From NCBI GenBank assembly GCA_963664405.1, contig OY761158.1, forward strand, positions 672,001 through 736,000: 64,000 bases of DNA. Direction: 5' to 3'. The position numbers and the translations under genes were made by a program. Position 1 is the stretch's first letter. Each line of letters starts with the position of its first letter. This DNA is from Thermoanaerobaculia bacterium. Its GTDB lineage: Bacteria > Acidobacteriota > Thermoanaerobaculia > Multivoradales > Multivoraceae. Below, in pieces: positions 30,850-40,108 of this stretch. The notes beneath the pieces were generated by a model, which did not search any database, had not been told where the DNA came from, and saw nothing but the letters and a program-made list of their open reading frames with translations.

Positions 30850-31593
30850 CTAGACGATCAAGCCGGTTGGCGCCAGATGGCCGGGCGGCGGATAGCACTC
30901 GGGCTCGACCAAGGCCCCCGCCAGCTCGGCAAGAAAGTCGCTTCTAGCTACTCCCTTCGCTCCGAAACGAGCAAGGTGGGGTGTCTCTTGCTGACAGTCG
31001 ATGAGTCGGGCCCCTCGCCGCGCCAGCTCGGTCACCAGAGTGGCGAAAGCGACCTTTGAAGCATCTCGGACCCGGTAGAACATCGACTCACCAAAAAAGA
31101 CTCCTCCAATGGCAATGCCGTAGAGCCCTCCGACCAGTCGATCACCCTCCCAGCTCTCCACCGAGTGCGCCCAGCCAAGGCTGTGTAGTCGGCAATAGGC
31201 ACCCACCATCGCATCGGTGATCCAGGTTCCTCCGTCGCGACCGTCGCGACCGTCCGCCGGCCCCCGCGGCGTGGCGGCGCAGGCACGGACGACCTCTTCG
31301 AAGGCGAGATCGAAGCTCACCGAGAGTCGACCCCCGCGGAGGACCTTGCGAAGGGAGCTCGAGAGCCTGAGATCCTCCGGATAGAGAACGAAGCGGGGAT
31401 CCGGCGAGAACCAGTAAAGCGGATCCTCATCGTCCCCCATTGGCCAAGGGAAAATGCCCGATCGATACGCGAGGAGCACGCGCTCCGGCGCAAGGTCGCC
31501 GCCGACCGCGAGGAGACCGCTCGAGTGCGCCAGCTCGGGGTCTGGAAAGACGGGATCGGCGCCAAGCCAGAAGGGACCGCGAATCGATAGCAC
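30850..31593 (-). CDS. aat: Leucyl/phenylalanyl-tRNA--protein transferase
   Basis: GLLAVGGDL, AYRSGIFPW, SPDPR, TWIT, GGLYG, FFGESMF and DASKVA motifs. Confidence 0.96.
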   Translation of the reverse strand: MLSIRGPFWLGADPVFPDPELAHSSGLLAVGGDLAPERVLLAYRSGIFPWPMGDDEDPLYWFSPDPRFVLYPEDLRLSSSLRKVLRGGRLSVSFDLAFEEVVRACAATPRGPADGRDGRDGGTWITDAMVGAYCRLHSLGWAHSVESWEGDRLVGGLYGIAIGGVFFGESMFYRVRDASKVAFATLVTELARRGARLIDCQQETPHLARFGAKGVARSDFLAELAGALVEPECYPPPGHLAPTGLIV

Positions 31594-31694
31594 CTCTGCG
31601 TCTCATCCTACAGGGGAGACGCGATCGGCGTCAGCCACCGGTGGACTCCAGTTTCCCGAAGGCCTCGAGCTCGCCTTCGGGCTATAGTCGGACC

Positions 31695-32348
31695 ATGGAT
31701 GATCACCCTCGCAGTGGAGCCGAGCGGGTTCCTCCCGGCCAATATGTGACCGAGAAGTGGCCGGTGCTGACCTACGGCCCGACGCCTTCGGTAGCGCTCG
31801 GCGACTACAGCATCCGACTCTTCGGCGAGGTGGGCGTCGAAACTCGACTCAGCTGGGACGAGCTACAAGCTCTGGCTCGGACGGAAGTAAGAGCAGACTT
31901 CCACTGCGTCACCCGCTTCTCTACCCTCGACAATCGTTGGAGCGGTTTCTCTACTCGCAGCCTACTCGAGCTCGTCAGCATCAAACCGGAGTCGACGCAT
32001 GTCATGGTCCACTGCGCCGGCGGCTACACAACCAACCTGCCTCTCGAAGACTTCGCGGCGACTCGAGCTTTGCTCGTAGACCGCCACAACGACGCGCCGC
32101 TGGCGGCCGAGCATGGCGGCCCCCTCCGCCTTGTCGTCCCCCACCTCTACGCCTGGAAGAGCGCGAAGTGGGTCAACGGTATCGAGCTCCTGATGGAAGA
32201 TCAGCGAGGCTTCTGGGAAGAGAACGGCTACCACACCTACGGTGACCCCTGGAAAGAGGAGCGATTCAGCTCCCAGGAGACCCGCCAGGCGTACGAAGTT
32301 CGCCGTAGAGCCAAGGAGCTCGGCCTGGTGCCTGGCGCAGAGAGCTAG
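31695..32348 (+). CDS. Sulfite oxidase-like molybdopterin oxidoreductase (YuiH-like)
   Basis: PPGQ, DFHCVT, YTTNLPL, EHGGPLRLVVP, WKSAKW and GFWE..GYH..GDPW motifs. Confidence 0.92.
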   Translation: MDDHPRSGAERVPPGQYVTEKWPVLTYGPTPSVALGDYSIRLFGEVGVETRLSWDELQALARTEVRADFHCVTRFSTLDNRWSGFSTRSLLELVSIKPESTHVMVHCAGGYTTNLPLEDFAATRALLVDRHNDAPLAAEHGGPLRLVVPHLYAWKSAKWVNGIELLMEDQRGFWEENGYHTYGDPWKEERFSSQETRQAYEVRRRAKELGLVPGAES

Positions 32349-32435
32349 CCCCAGAAAACGCGCCTTCGGCCAGTTTTCCGGCCCATCCCCGCCTGAGAAC
32401 TACTCGCCTGTCCGAATTCTCTGACACGCTCCTAG
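32345..32435 (-). repeat. CTAG-bounded 91-bp repeat module; a homologous copy is nested in the 34532 element
   Basis: TCCGGCCCATCCCCGCCTGAGAACTACTCGCCTG is the exact reverse complement of 34605-34638; similarity extends on both sides. Confidence 0.85.
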
Positions 32436-32459
32436 CCGCCAGGTCTCGGGCTTCTTGCG

Positions 32460-33032
32460 TCAGGGTGTGGGTCGGCGCGAGATGACCAGACGGCCGGCGA
32501 GTCCGGCCGCGACGCACACCCGGCATCGCCACTGCCGAACCGGACGTCCAGCCAGTCGGCGCTGCCGACAAACCGGACAGCGGTGCTCCCACACATAGCG
32601 CTTTCTTGCCGCTCGCTGGGCGGCGCTGCCGAGCTCCTGGTCAGGAATCCGAACTCGGGGATCGAGGTCGGCCCTCTGCATCAGCTGGCGCCACTCGCGG
32701 CCGTGCGATCGTACACTGCCGCCGTGAAGAAATTGGACCGCGGCATGGGCGGCTTCGTGGCAGACCACCTCTCGCAAGAGGTGAGGAGGGGCCTCGAAGA
32801 GAACGTCGGCGATCCGAATCAACTGCTCGCCGGGAAAATAGCTGCCCAGCGAGGTGCGCATGCGACGGCTCACTTCGACGCGGAGGCAATCGCGAAGATC
32901 GGGCACTCTCCAGATCTGGCTCCATCGCCCCGCCTCGCCCCACCACAACTCTCTCAGAGTGTCGTGGACAGAGCTACGGCGCTCAGCGACATCAAAGAGG
33001 GCGAGTTGGGCAGTGGCGGCAGGCAAGTTCAC
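32460..33032 (-). CDS. SprT-like zinc metalloprotease domain protein
   Basis: SRRMRTSLG, HEAAH, HGREW and C-terminal CPVC...CRVC zinc ribbon. Confidence 0.85.
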   Translation of the reverse strand: MNLPAATAQLALFDVAERRSSVHDTLRELWWGEAGRWSQIWRVPDLRDCLRVEVSRRMRTSLGSYFPGEQLIRIADVLFEAPPHLLREVVCHEAAHAAVQFLHGGSVRSHGREWRQLMQRADLDPRVRIPDQELGSAAQRAARKRYVWEHRCPVCRQRRLAGRPVRQWRCRVCVAAGLAGRLVISRRPTP

Positions 33033-33050
33033 TCCCGTATCTGAGGCGAG

Positions 33051-34370
33051 CTACGGCGCAGCGGGGTCGAGAATCGCCTCGTAGGCAAGGCGCTTGCTGA
33101 GAAACCTCGCGTTGCGCGCCGCACCGCCGCCCCTGCTCTGAATCATGCCGACGACGATCGTATCCTGGATGGGATTGATCCCGAACCAAGTGCCTGCGAC
33201 TCCGAACCACCAATACTCTCCCTTCGCCAGAGCGTGGTCGCTATTGGGATCGGGGTTGTCGACAATCGCAAAGTCGATCCCGAACACATTGCCCCGAAAC
33301 ATCGGCGCAATCTCGACGATGTCGGCGGGAAGCTGGTTGGTGTGCATCAGCTTGACGGTCTCCGGCTTCAGGATCCGCACACCATCGAGCTCGCCACCGT
33401 TGAGGAGCATCTGAGCGAAGCGCATGTAGTCCGTGGCCGTAGAGGTGAGGCCGCCACCACCGGAGAAGAAGGCCGGAGGCTTCAAGTACTGCCCGTTGGG
33501 CCGGTAGCTCTCCTTGCCGCCACGGCCACGGCGGTAGAGGATCGACAGTCGATCGGCCTTGTCTTCGGGCACATAGAAGCCGGTGTCCTTCATGCCGAGC
33601 GGAGCGAAGATCCTCTCTTGCAGGACCTGGTCGAAGGGTTTCCCGGTCAGCACCTCGACCAGGTAGCCCTGGACGTCGACAGAGACACTGTAGTGCCAGA
33701 CCGACCCCGGCTGTTGTCGCAGAGGAATCTTCGCCAGCTTGCCGATCATGTCCTTCAGGGTCGAGTCTCGGTTCATCACATCGGCTGCCTGGTAGAGGCT
33801 GTCTACCTGAGACCTGGAGAACAGGCCGTAGGTCAAACCCCCGGTATGGCTCACGAGCTCCCGAATGGTCATCCTGTGGTTGGCGTCCTCGACCTCCGGA
33901 TAACCTTCGGGCCCGTCGCTGGCTGCCACCTTCAGACCTTTGAATTCGGGGATGTAGTCCTCGACAGCATCTTCGAGCTCGAACTTTCCCTCGTCGAAGA
34001 GGGTCATCAGCGCAACACCCGCAATCGGCTTGGTCATCGAGAAGATCCGAAAGATGGTGTCCTTCTCCATCTCGACACCTTGCTCTCGGTCCTGGTGTCC
34101 GAAAGTCTCGAAGTGGACGATCTTGCCATGGCGAGCCACCATGGTGACGATGCCGGCCAGCTGCCCCTGGTCGACCATTTCCTGCATAGCGGCAGTGAGT
34201 TTCTGCAGGCCCGCCTCGTCCATCCCCACTTCCGCAGGGGCAACCATAGTCAGATCACGCGGGGAGCCCGCTGCGCTGAGAACGGTGGAAGAGAAGAAAC
34301 CAGCCAGCAAGAGGCAGGACGTCGCTAGCGTCATTCGAAAAGAAGAGTTCGGCTGCATCGGTCGATCCAT
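33051..34370 (-). CDS. Serine hydrolase (class C beta-lactamase/esterase family), secreted
   Basis: FSMTK (SxxK), SHTGG, WHYS, PLGMKDT and GGGGL motifs. Confidence 0.92.
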   Translation of the reverse strand: MDRPMQPNSSFRMTLATSCLLLAGFFSSTVLSAAGSPRDLTMVAPAEVGMDEAGLQKLTAAMQEMVDQGQLAGIVTMVARHGKIVHFETFGHQDREQGVEMEKDTIFRIFSMTKPIAGVALMTLFDEGKFELEDAVEDYIPEFKGLKVAASDGPEGYPEVEDANHRMTIRELVSHTGGLTYGLFSRSQVDSLYQAADVMNRDSTLKDMIGKLAKIPLRQQPGSVWHYSVSVDVQGYLVEVLTGKPFDQVLQERIFAPLGMKDTGFYVPEDKADRLSILYRRGRGGKESYRPNGQYLKPPAFFSGGGGLTSTATDYMRFAQMLLNGGELDGVRILKPETVKLMHTNQLPADIVEIAPMFRGNVFGIDFAIVDNPDPNSDHALAKGEYWWFGVAGTWFGINPIQDTIVVGMIQSRGGGAARNARFLSKRLAYEAILDPAAP

Positions 34371-34531
34371 GAGCTCGTCCTCCGTGAGCATACGAACCCT
34401 ACACCATTGCCGGGCGGGACTAGCGCCCCGTTCTCGACACCAGTTCTCCGCTGCGGCCGGCCCCGTTCGCCCGATCCTGTAACCTGGAAGGCATGTTTCC
34501 CTAAGAGTATTAGAGGAGGTGAATATCGACA

Positions 34532-34788
34532 CTAGACCAGCGTTTCCAAAGTTCGTGCTGCATAGCTCGAGGTCATTCTGTTCGCTGGCTAGGAGCCTGC
34601 GAAGCAGGCGAGTAGTTCTCAGGCGGGGATGGGCCGGAGAACGGGCCGTAGGTCCGTTTTCCGGGGCGAGGCGCGCTGACGCAGGCATATTGGGCAATAT
34701 GTCGAGGAGCGAGGGGGCGCCTAGCCAACGACGCCAGCGGGCAGAAGGGCCCGAGATATGTGCGCGAACTTTGGAAACGCTGGTCTAG
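34532..34788 (+). mobile_element. MITE-like structured element, 257 bp, with terminal stem type A
   Basis: Perfect 24-bp terminal inverted repeat CTAGACCAGCGTTTCCAAAGTTCG; internal core shared with the 49308 and 56778 elements; no coding capacity. Confidence 0.8.
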
Positions 34789-34808
34789 GCCCGACGCCGG
34801 CAACAGCG

Positions 34809-35981
34809 TCAGTGCGACGAATGGAGCCTGAGCCAAGCCAAGGCCGGCTCAAAAACCAGCTCGCGCGAGCGCTCGCCGACGAGCACGTCCAAATGGCCGT
34901 GATTCTCCAGCACATGGAGGGTCACGTCAGAACTGCCACTCTTGCCGGCCGAATAGATACCGTCGAGAAGCCATTCGCTTCCCATGCCGGTGGCCCCGAA
35001 ATAGAGGATCGGCAAGCTGAGCTCTCCCCATCGGTCGTCAATAGGGGTCCCGGGGTCGTCGTCGAATTCGGCGATTGATGCAGACTCGACGTTCTGGATC
35101 ATCGGATAGTAGCGATCGTAGTCGGCAAGAAGTCGAGCCAACACTTCGACCCGAGAGACTCCATCCAGAGGATTGGCGAGGCCGCCGGGGCGCCAGGCAC
35201 TATAGAGAATGGAAGCAACCTGGTCACCGACGTTGTCGAAGCCGGCACCGCGCTCGCCGACCGGTGGCCCCAGTGGCTCGGAGGCCGCCGCGCGCATGAG
35301 CTGATCACGATTCGTCCAGCCCATGCCTCCAGCAACGTCTGAAGCGAAGTGTCCAGCCTCGCGGAACCTCGCGACACTCCCTTCTCGATCAAATGCGCCC
35401 TCGGGGGCGTGACTCTTGAATCCCCCGTCGAGCGCGATCAAACCGGCAAGCGAGCCTTCTCCCTCGACGGCGACGAGTCCGTAGGCAAGCCAAACACCGC
35501 GGCTGAAACCGGCGACGAAGATAGAAGATGCCGAGCTCTGCTGTCGAACCAAAGAGAGCGCGGAGCCGGCATCGGCAACGAAGGATTCGAGTGTCCAGAC
35601 AGCCATGAAGTCGTCAGACTCGAGGGTCTCGCTCGGCACCGCATGGGTTCGATAGTCGAGGGCCCAGACCTCGATCCCGCGACGGGCCAGGAAAAGCCAG
35701 AGATTGTGGTTCTCGTCGAGGACCGCGAGCTCGCCATTCATGTTGGTACCCGGCAGATAAAGCAGCGCCGCTGTCGCTTCGCCTCCGCCACGATAGCGAT
35801 GGACCTGGATCTTGTCGTGACCGCCGCCGGGGGGACGGACGGAGACCCAGACAGTCTCCTCGACTCCTGGGACTCCGGCAATGACACCTTGCTCGACGGA
35901 AACAGACCATTCTTCAGCCTCCACACCAGCAGCCATAGCAAGGGTCATACTGAATAGGGCTGAGAGGCTGCGCCCCACCAC
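34809..35981 (-). CDS. Secreted alpha/beta hydrolase
   Basis: LYLPG, WALDYR, AGFSRG (GxSxG) and HGHLDVL motifs. Confidence 0.82.
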   Translation of the reverse strand: MVGRSLSALFSMTLAMAAGVEAEEWSVSVEQGVIAGVPGVEETVWVSVRPPGGGHDKIQVHRYRGGGEATAALLYLPGTNMNGELAVLDENHNLWLFLARRGIEVWALDYRTHAVPSETLESDDFMAVWTLESFVADAGSALSLVRQQSSASSIFVAGFSRGVWLAYGLVAVEGEGSLAGLIALDGGFKSHAPEGAFDREGSVARFREAGHFASDVAGGMGWTNRDQLMRAAASEPLGPPVGERGAGFDNVGDQVASILYSAWRPGGLANPLDGVSRVEVLARLLADYDRYYPMIQNVESASIAEFDDDPGTPIDDRWGELSLPILYFGATGMGSEWLLDGIYSAGKSGSSDVTLHVLENHGHLDVLVGERSRELVFEPALAWLRLHSSH

Positions 35982-38362
35982 TACAAGTACCCCAGGCTTC
36001 GAAGCCGTTCGAGCTCTTCGGCACTCATGCTAGACGCGAGCTCGCTGTCGCTCTTGAGCTTGGCCGCCTCGGCGAATTCCTGCCAGCGATCGAGCTGCTC
36101 GACAAGACCCTGGACCCGATCGGGATGCTCCTCAGCTACGTTGACCAGGTTGAGTGGATCACTCCCATGGTCGAAGAGCTCGAGCTCAGGCAGGCCCGGA
36201 CGAGGATCGACATTGCGCACCAGCTTCCACCCGTCAAGCACGATGGAGGTGGAAGCAAAGCTCTGCACGCCGCGAACCGCCATCGCCGCCTTCTCGGTGA
36301 TCGCGGGCTTTCTTCGCCAGCCCGCCGCCCCGGCGGTGGCCGCATCACCGCCGGCTTCGAACCAGGGTACCAGGCTCTGACCCTGTGCCGCCGCCGGGAT
36401 CTCGAGGCCTGCGATTTCCAGCACAGTAGGCATGAAGTCGATGGTCTCCACCGTCCCAGGGACCCTGACACCAACCGGAACGCCCTGCCCCCAGAAGAAC
36501 ATCGGCACTCGATTGAGCTCGCCATAGACGCTCTGGCCGTGAAAATGCCAATCGTGCTCGAGGAACTCCGTACCGTGATCGCTGACGAAGGCAAGCAGTA
36601 CGCGCTCGCTCAGACCCAGTTCTTCGAGCTTCTCGACAATGCGCTCGACCTGGGCGTCGGTGAAGCGGATGAGGCCGTCATAGGCGTCGAGCTCGTAGCG
36701 CACGTACTCGGCGGGGTCGATCTCTGCGCTCACCAGGGCCGAGGTCGTTGCCATCCCGAACTGGCGCATCATGGGGTTCTCGATCCCCGGCCGCGCCTCA
36801 TCCTGCATCTGCACATATTTCTCGGCATCCCCTTCACCGCCCCACAGAGTGGCATAGGGAGGGGGCGCGACGTATGGGCTGTGGGGATCCTCAACATGGA
36901 GAAAGACGAAGAACGGTACGTCGCGATGATCCTCGAGCCAGGGCAGGAGTCGGTCGACATGAGGACGGGCGGCCTTCTCAGGCACTCCCCCTGTCCCCAA
37001 GTCCATGCCGGACTCCGAGAAGACCTCGTAACCTTGATGTAGGTTTGTCATCTTGCCGGTAAACGGGATCGCGGACAGCCCGAAGGTGGCGAAGCCTGCG
37101 TCACGGAAGACCTCAGCCATGGTCGTCGCCGACGCCGGCAACAGATCGGGGAGGTCTGCGACGGTGTGTGAGGTCGGATAGAGCGAGGTGAAGATCGACG
37201 GTACCGAGACTTTGGTCCAGGTTGCCTGGGCCAAGGGGTCCTCGACCAAGACGCCTTCGGCCGCCAACCTCGCCAGCAGAGGCGCAGTCTCGCGATCGTA
37301 GCCGTAGATCTCCAGATGGTCGCGACGGAGGGTGTCGATGAGAACCACGATCACCCCCTGCGGCCGCTCGGCTTGGCTCGGGGCCTTGCTACGGACCGCA
37401 GGAGCGCCCCACAATCCCAGAGCTCCCGCCCTCTCCGACTCTACGCTGAGCGAAAGAGTCACTCGGCTACCACCGTAGTCGCCCAGAGGCACCGGGAAGT
37501 CCTCCCAGCTCTGGGGCGAGGCCACGGTGTGGCTCACCGATAGGCCCTCCCCGCCTCCTGAGCTGGGCTCGACCCGCACCTCGAAAGTGGCCTCGCCGGG
37601 CTCGAGCGTTCCAACCGCCATATCCAGCACCGGATCCGCGGGGAGCTCGATCTCGAAGCTCAGAGTCTCGGGACTCCGACTGACCAGGCTCTCGCGAAAG
37701 ATGCCTGAAAGCCCCTGCCACCCTACGCCCGAAGGAAGGCTCGAAAGATGCTCGCGCTCGAAGACCACTCGCACCGACTCGACCGCGAATTCGACGCCGG
37801 CGGCGCTGGCAGGCCGCAGGAGAATGTGCCGCACGCTCTCCGCCGGGAGAGGGCGTACCGGCCGCAGAGAATAGAGACTCGCCTCCTCGCCGGCGATGAC
37901 GGGGCTCGACATCGACCAGGCGAAGGGATTGCCCGGCGCCAAGAAGGGTCCGAGCTCTAGATCCTCCCCGCCACTGGTGGCGAAGGCAATCTGTCCGCCG
38001 GAGGAGCTCTGGATTCGAACCTCGACCGAGTGGATGTGGTCATCCTGCTGGGCCGGCGGAGGACTCCACTCGAGGTGCAGCACCGGCGAGGGAGACGCGC
38101 TCTGTCCGCGCAGAGCCCCGTCGGCGTAGCGGAATTCGCGAACGCCGCCACCGACCTGCCATCGCACCTCCTCTTCCCCTTGGGAATCGGTGAATTTCCA
38201 CTCGCTGCGCGCGATTACCTCAGTGCTCGTGGACCCCTGCACCATGGCCGTGCCGAAGAGGTCGACGAGACGTATCGAGGTCGGCTCCGAGCTACTTGGC
38301 GGCCGGCTACAGCCAAGGACCAGAAGGAGAACGGAAGGGATCAGGTGCTTCAACATCTTCAT
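35981..38362 (-). CDS. Sulfatase-like hydrolase/transferase lipoprotein with long N-terminal beta domains
   Basis: IDTLRRDHL, ATWTKVSVPSIFTSLYP, DPHSPY, SDHG and terminal LRSLGY; lipobox LVLGC. Confidence 0.88.
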   Translation of the reverse strand: MKMLKHLIPSVLLLVLGCSRPPSSSEPTSIRLVDLFGTAMVQGSTSTEVIARSEWKFTDSQGEEEVRWQVGGGVREFRYADGALRGQSASPSPVLHLEWSPPPAQQDDHIHSVEVRIQSSSGGQIAFATSGGEDLELGPFLAPGNPFAWSMSSPVIAGEEASLYSLRPVRPLPAESVRHILLRPASAAGVEFAVESVRVVFEREHLSSLPSGVGWQGLSGIFRESLVSRSPETLSFEIELPADPVLDMAVGTLEPGEATFEVRVEPSSGGGEGLSVSHTVASPQSWEDFPVPLGDYGGSRVTLSLSVESERAGALGLWGAPAVRSKAPSQAERPQGVIVVLIDTLRRDHLEIYGYDRETAPLLARLAAEGVLVEDPLAQATWTKVSVPSIFTSLYPTSHTVADLPDLLPASATTMAEVFRDAGFATFGLSAIPFTGKMTNLHQGYEVFSESGMDLGTGGVPEKAARPHVDRLLPWLEDHRDVPFFVFLHVEDPHSPYVAPPPYATLWGGEGDAEKYVQMQDEARPGIENPMMRQFGMATTSALVSAEIDPAEYVRYELDAYDGLIRFTDAQVERIVEKLEELGLSERVLLAFVSDHGTEFLEHDWHFHGQSVYGELNRVPMFFWGQGVPVGVRVPGTVETIDFMPTVLEIAGLEIPAAAQGQSLVPWFEAGGDAATAGAAGWRRKPAITEKAAMAVRGVQSFASTSIVLDGWKLVRNVDPRPGLPELELFDHGSDPLNLVNVAEEHPDRVQGLVEQLDRWQEFAEAAKLKSDSELASSMSAEELERLRSLGYL

Positions 38363-39522
38363 TTCGTCACTCCAAGCCGGGGAAGCACCTCGGTCCAAAG
38401 GCGCTCGATGGACTTCATCAGCACCGCATGGGGGGCGAGGGAGTTGTAGATCCACAGAAACAGCCGGGTTAGGGGCAGACGCTCACGGAGCTCCTCCAGC
38501 TGAGCGGTCACTGTGTCGATACTGCCGACAAGAGCAAGACCGTGGGCAAAGAGGTCGGCCTGCTCTCCACTTTCGGGGTCGATCAAACCGCGAGAGAAGC
38601 CGAAGGGGGCGAACCACGCAGCTCCGCAGAACGCACCGCTCGAGCGCCACAACTGGCGCGCTTCTTCGTCGGTGTCGGCGATGACGAGGTCCCGCAACAC
38701 ACCGATACCCTCTCCCAGGGGTCGCCCAGAGGCGTCGGCGTAGATCTCGAACAGCTCGCGCTCCAAGCGCGGATAGAGCGGAGGCAGAATCGCGGTCACA
38801 CCCTCGGCCGCGCACCATCGCACGCTTCGCACCGAAGAGGCGAAGGGCTGAAAGATCGGTGGATGCGGTTTCTGCACCGGCTTGGGCACCACACTCACCT
38901 GCCGAAGCCGGCCGTCTTCGACTCCGCCTCCCCATTGCCGGGTGGCCTCGAGCTCCCACGGCGTTTCGCCGGCGGGGACCTTCCAATAGCGCCCCTCGTA
39001 ATCCAGCCAGTCTTCGGTCCACGCCTTCTTTATGATCGTGAAGCACTCTTCAAATGCGGCTCGATTGGCCGCGTCGATGGCGTCGTGCTGGTGTGGCAAG
39101 GCGCCGTGGATGCCGTGAGTCTGTTGCGCCATCACATCGACCCAGCGGCGCTGGTAGCCACGAGCGAAACCGGCGTTGGCCCGCCCCTGCGTCATGTGAT
39201 CGAGCATCGCGATGTCCTCTGCGACGCGAATCGGGTTCTGCGCCGGAAGCACGATTCCGAGCTGCCCGACCCGAATCCTCTTCGTCTGCATGCCGACAAA
39301 GAGGTCGAGAAGCACAGGGTTGTTCGACAGCTCGAAACCCTCGACGTGAAAGTGATGCTCGGTGAAGCTGATCGAGTCATACCCCAGGTCGTCGGCAAGA
39401 CGAGCTTGCTCGGATACCTCATCGAGCATACGGCGATAGAGCTCAGGTCGAAGGCCGGCCTGCCCGGCCTCGATCTCGCTTCGACTACCCACCGAGGGAA
39501 GATAAAAGAGGGATACCTTCAC
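38359..39522 (-). CDS. LLM-class flavin-dependent oxidoreductase
   Basis: FTEHHF, NPIRVAEDIAMLDH, GFARGY and PKPVQKPHPP motifs. Confidence 0.9.
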   Translation of the reverse strand: MKVSLFYLPSVGSRSEIEAGQAGLRPELYRRMLDEVSEQARLADDLGYDSISFTEHHFHVEGFELSNNPVLLDLFVGMQTKRIRVGQLGIVLPAQNPIRVAEDIAMLDHMTQGRANAGFARGYQRRWVDVMAQQTHGIHGALPHQHDAIDAANRAAFEECFTIIKKAWTEDWLDYEGRYWKVPAGETPWELEATRQWGGGVEDGRLRQVSVVPKPVQKPHPPIFQPFASSVRSVRWCAAEGVTAILPPLYPRLERELFEIYADASGRPLGEGIGVLRDLVIADTDEEARQLWRSSGAFCGAAWFAPFGFSRGLIDPESGEQADLFAHGLALVGSIDTVTAQLEELRERLPLTRLFLWIYNSLAPHAVLMKSIERLWTEVLPRLGVTK

Positions 39523-39632
39523 CCCCTACTCGTTCCTGCATCTCGGCGCCGCATCTTTGCCCTCCTACCGGCAGTGGCCGGAAGATCGTCATTTTACTTG
39601 TCGCCGGGACGCTTGCTACTGTCACAGTCGAA

Positions 39633-39956
39633 ATGTCCAACGTAAGAGCCTCCATCGAAGCCACTCTCGCCGCGGGCCTGAGGCCTTCCCACCTCGAAGT
39701 CATTGACGAAAGCCACATGCACAACGTGCCGCCGGGCTCTGAATCCCACTTTCGGGTCAGAGTGGTGACCGAGGCCTTCGACGGCAAGCGTCTGGTCCAA
39801 CGCCACCGTGAGGTGAGCTCGCTGATCGCCGAGCTCTATCAGACTCAGATTCACGCTTTAGCGCTCGAGACCCATACGCCGGAGGAGTGGGCGGCGAAGG
39901 GCGGCGTGGTCATGGAGTCGCCTCCTTGTCTGGGAGGCGAAGGGGAGAAGAAGTAA
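39633..39956 (+). CDS. bolA: BolA family protein
   Basis: DESHMH, ESHF, F.GKRLVQRHR, IHALAL and SPPCLGG motifs. Confidence 0.95.
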   Translation: MSNVRASIEATLAAGLRPSHLEVIDESHMHNVPPGSESHFRVRVVTEAFDGKRLVQRHREVSSLIAELYQTQIHALALETHTPEEWAAKGGVVMESPPCLGGEGEKK

Positions 39957-40108
39957 GCAGTAAGCAGTCAAGACAGGGAGGGGAAAGAGATGGTCTCGAT
40001 CAGCGACCTGGAGCTACCCTGGCTCTGCGAAGCGTGCATAGAGAGGCAACTCCATTCCCACCTCTCCTGATTTACTGCTTACTGCTTACTGCTTACTGCT
40101 TACTGCTT
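39948..40108. repeat. Inverted heptad arrays: AAGAAG(TAAGCAG)2 ... (TTACTGC)5
   Basis: Read directly at 39948-39967 and 40072-40106. Confidence 0.9.

Noticed and set aside
34500-34531. AT-richer stretch with GAGGAGGT immediately before the 34532 element
   Set aside because: Resembles an RBS, but no properly spaced start codon or credible ORF follows; too little to call a disrupted gene.
34371-34697. N-terminal extension of the serine hydrolase ORF, and short ORFs such as MSPTWL.../MPNMPAS... at 49180-49546 and 56704-56961
   Set aside because: These are translations of the repeat elements; their mutual similarity comes from the DNA repeat, not from a protein family.
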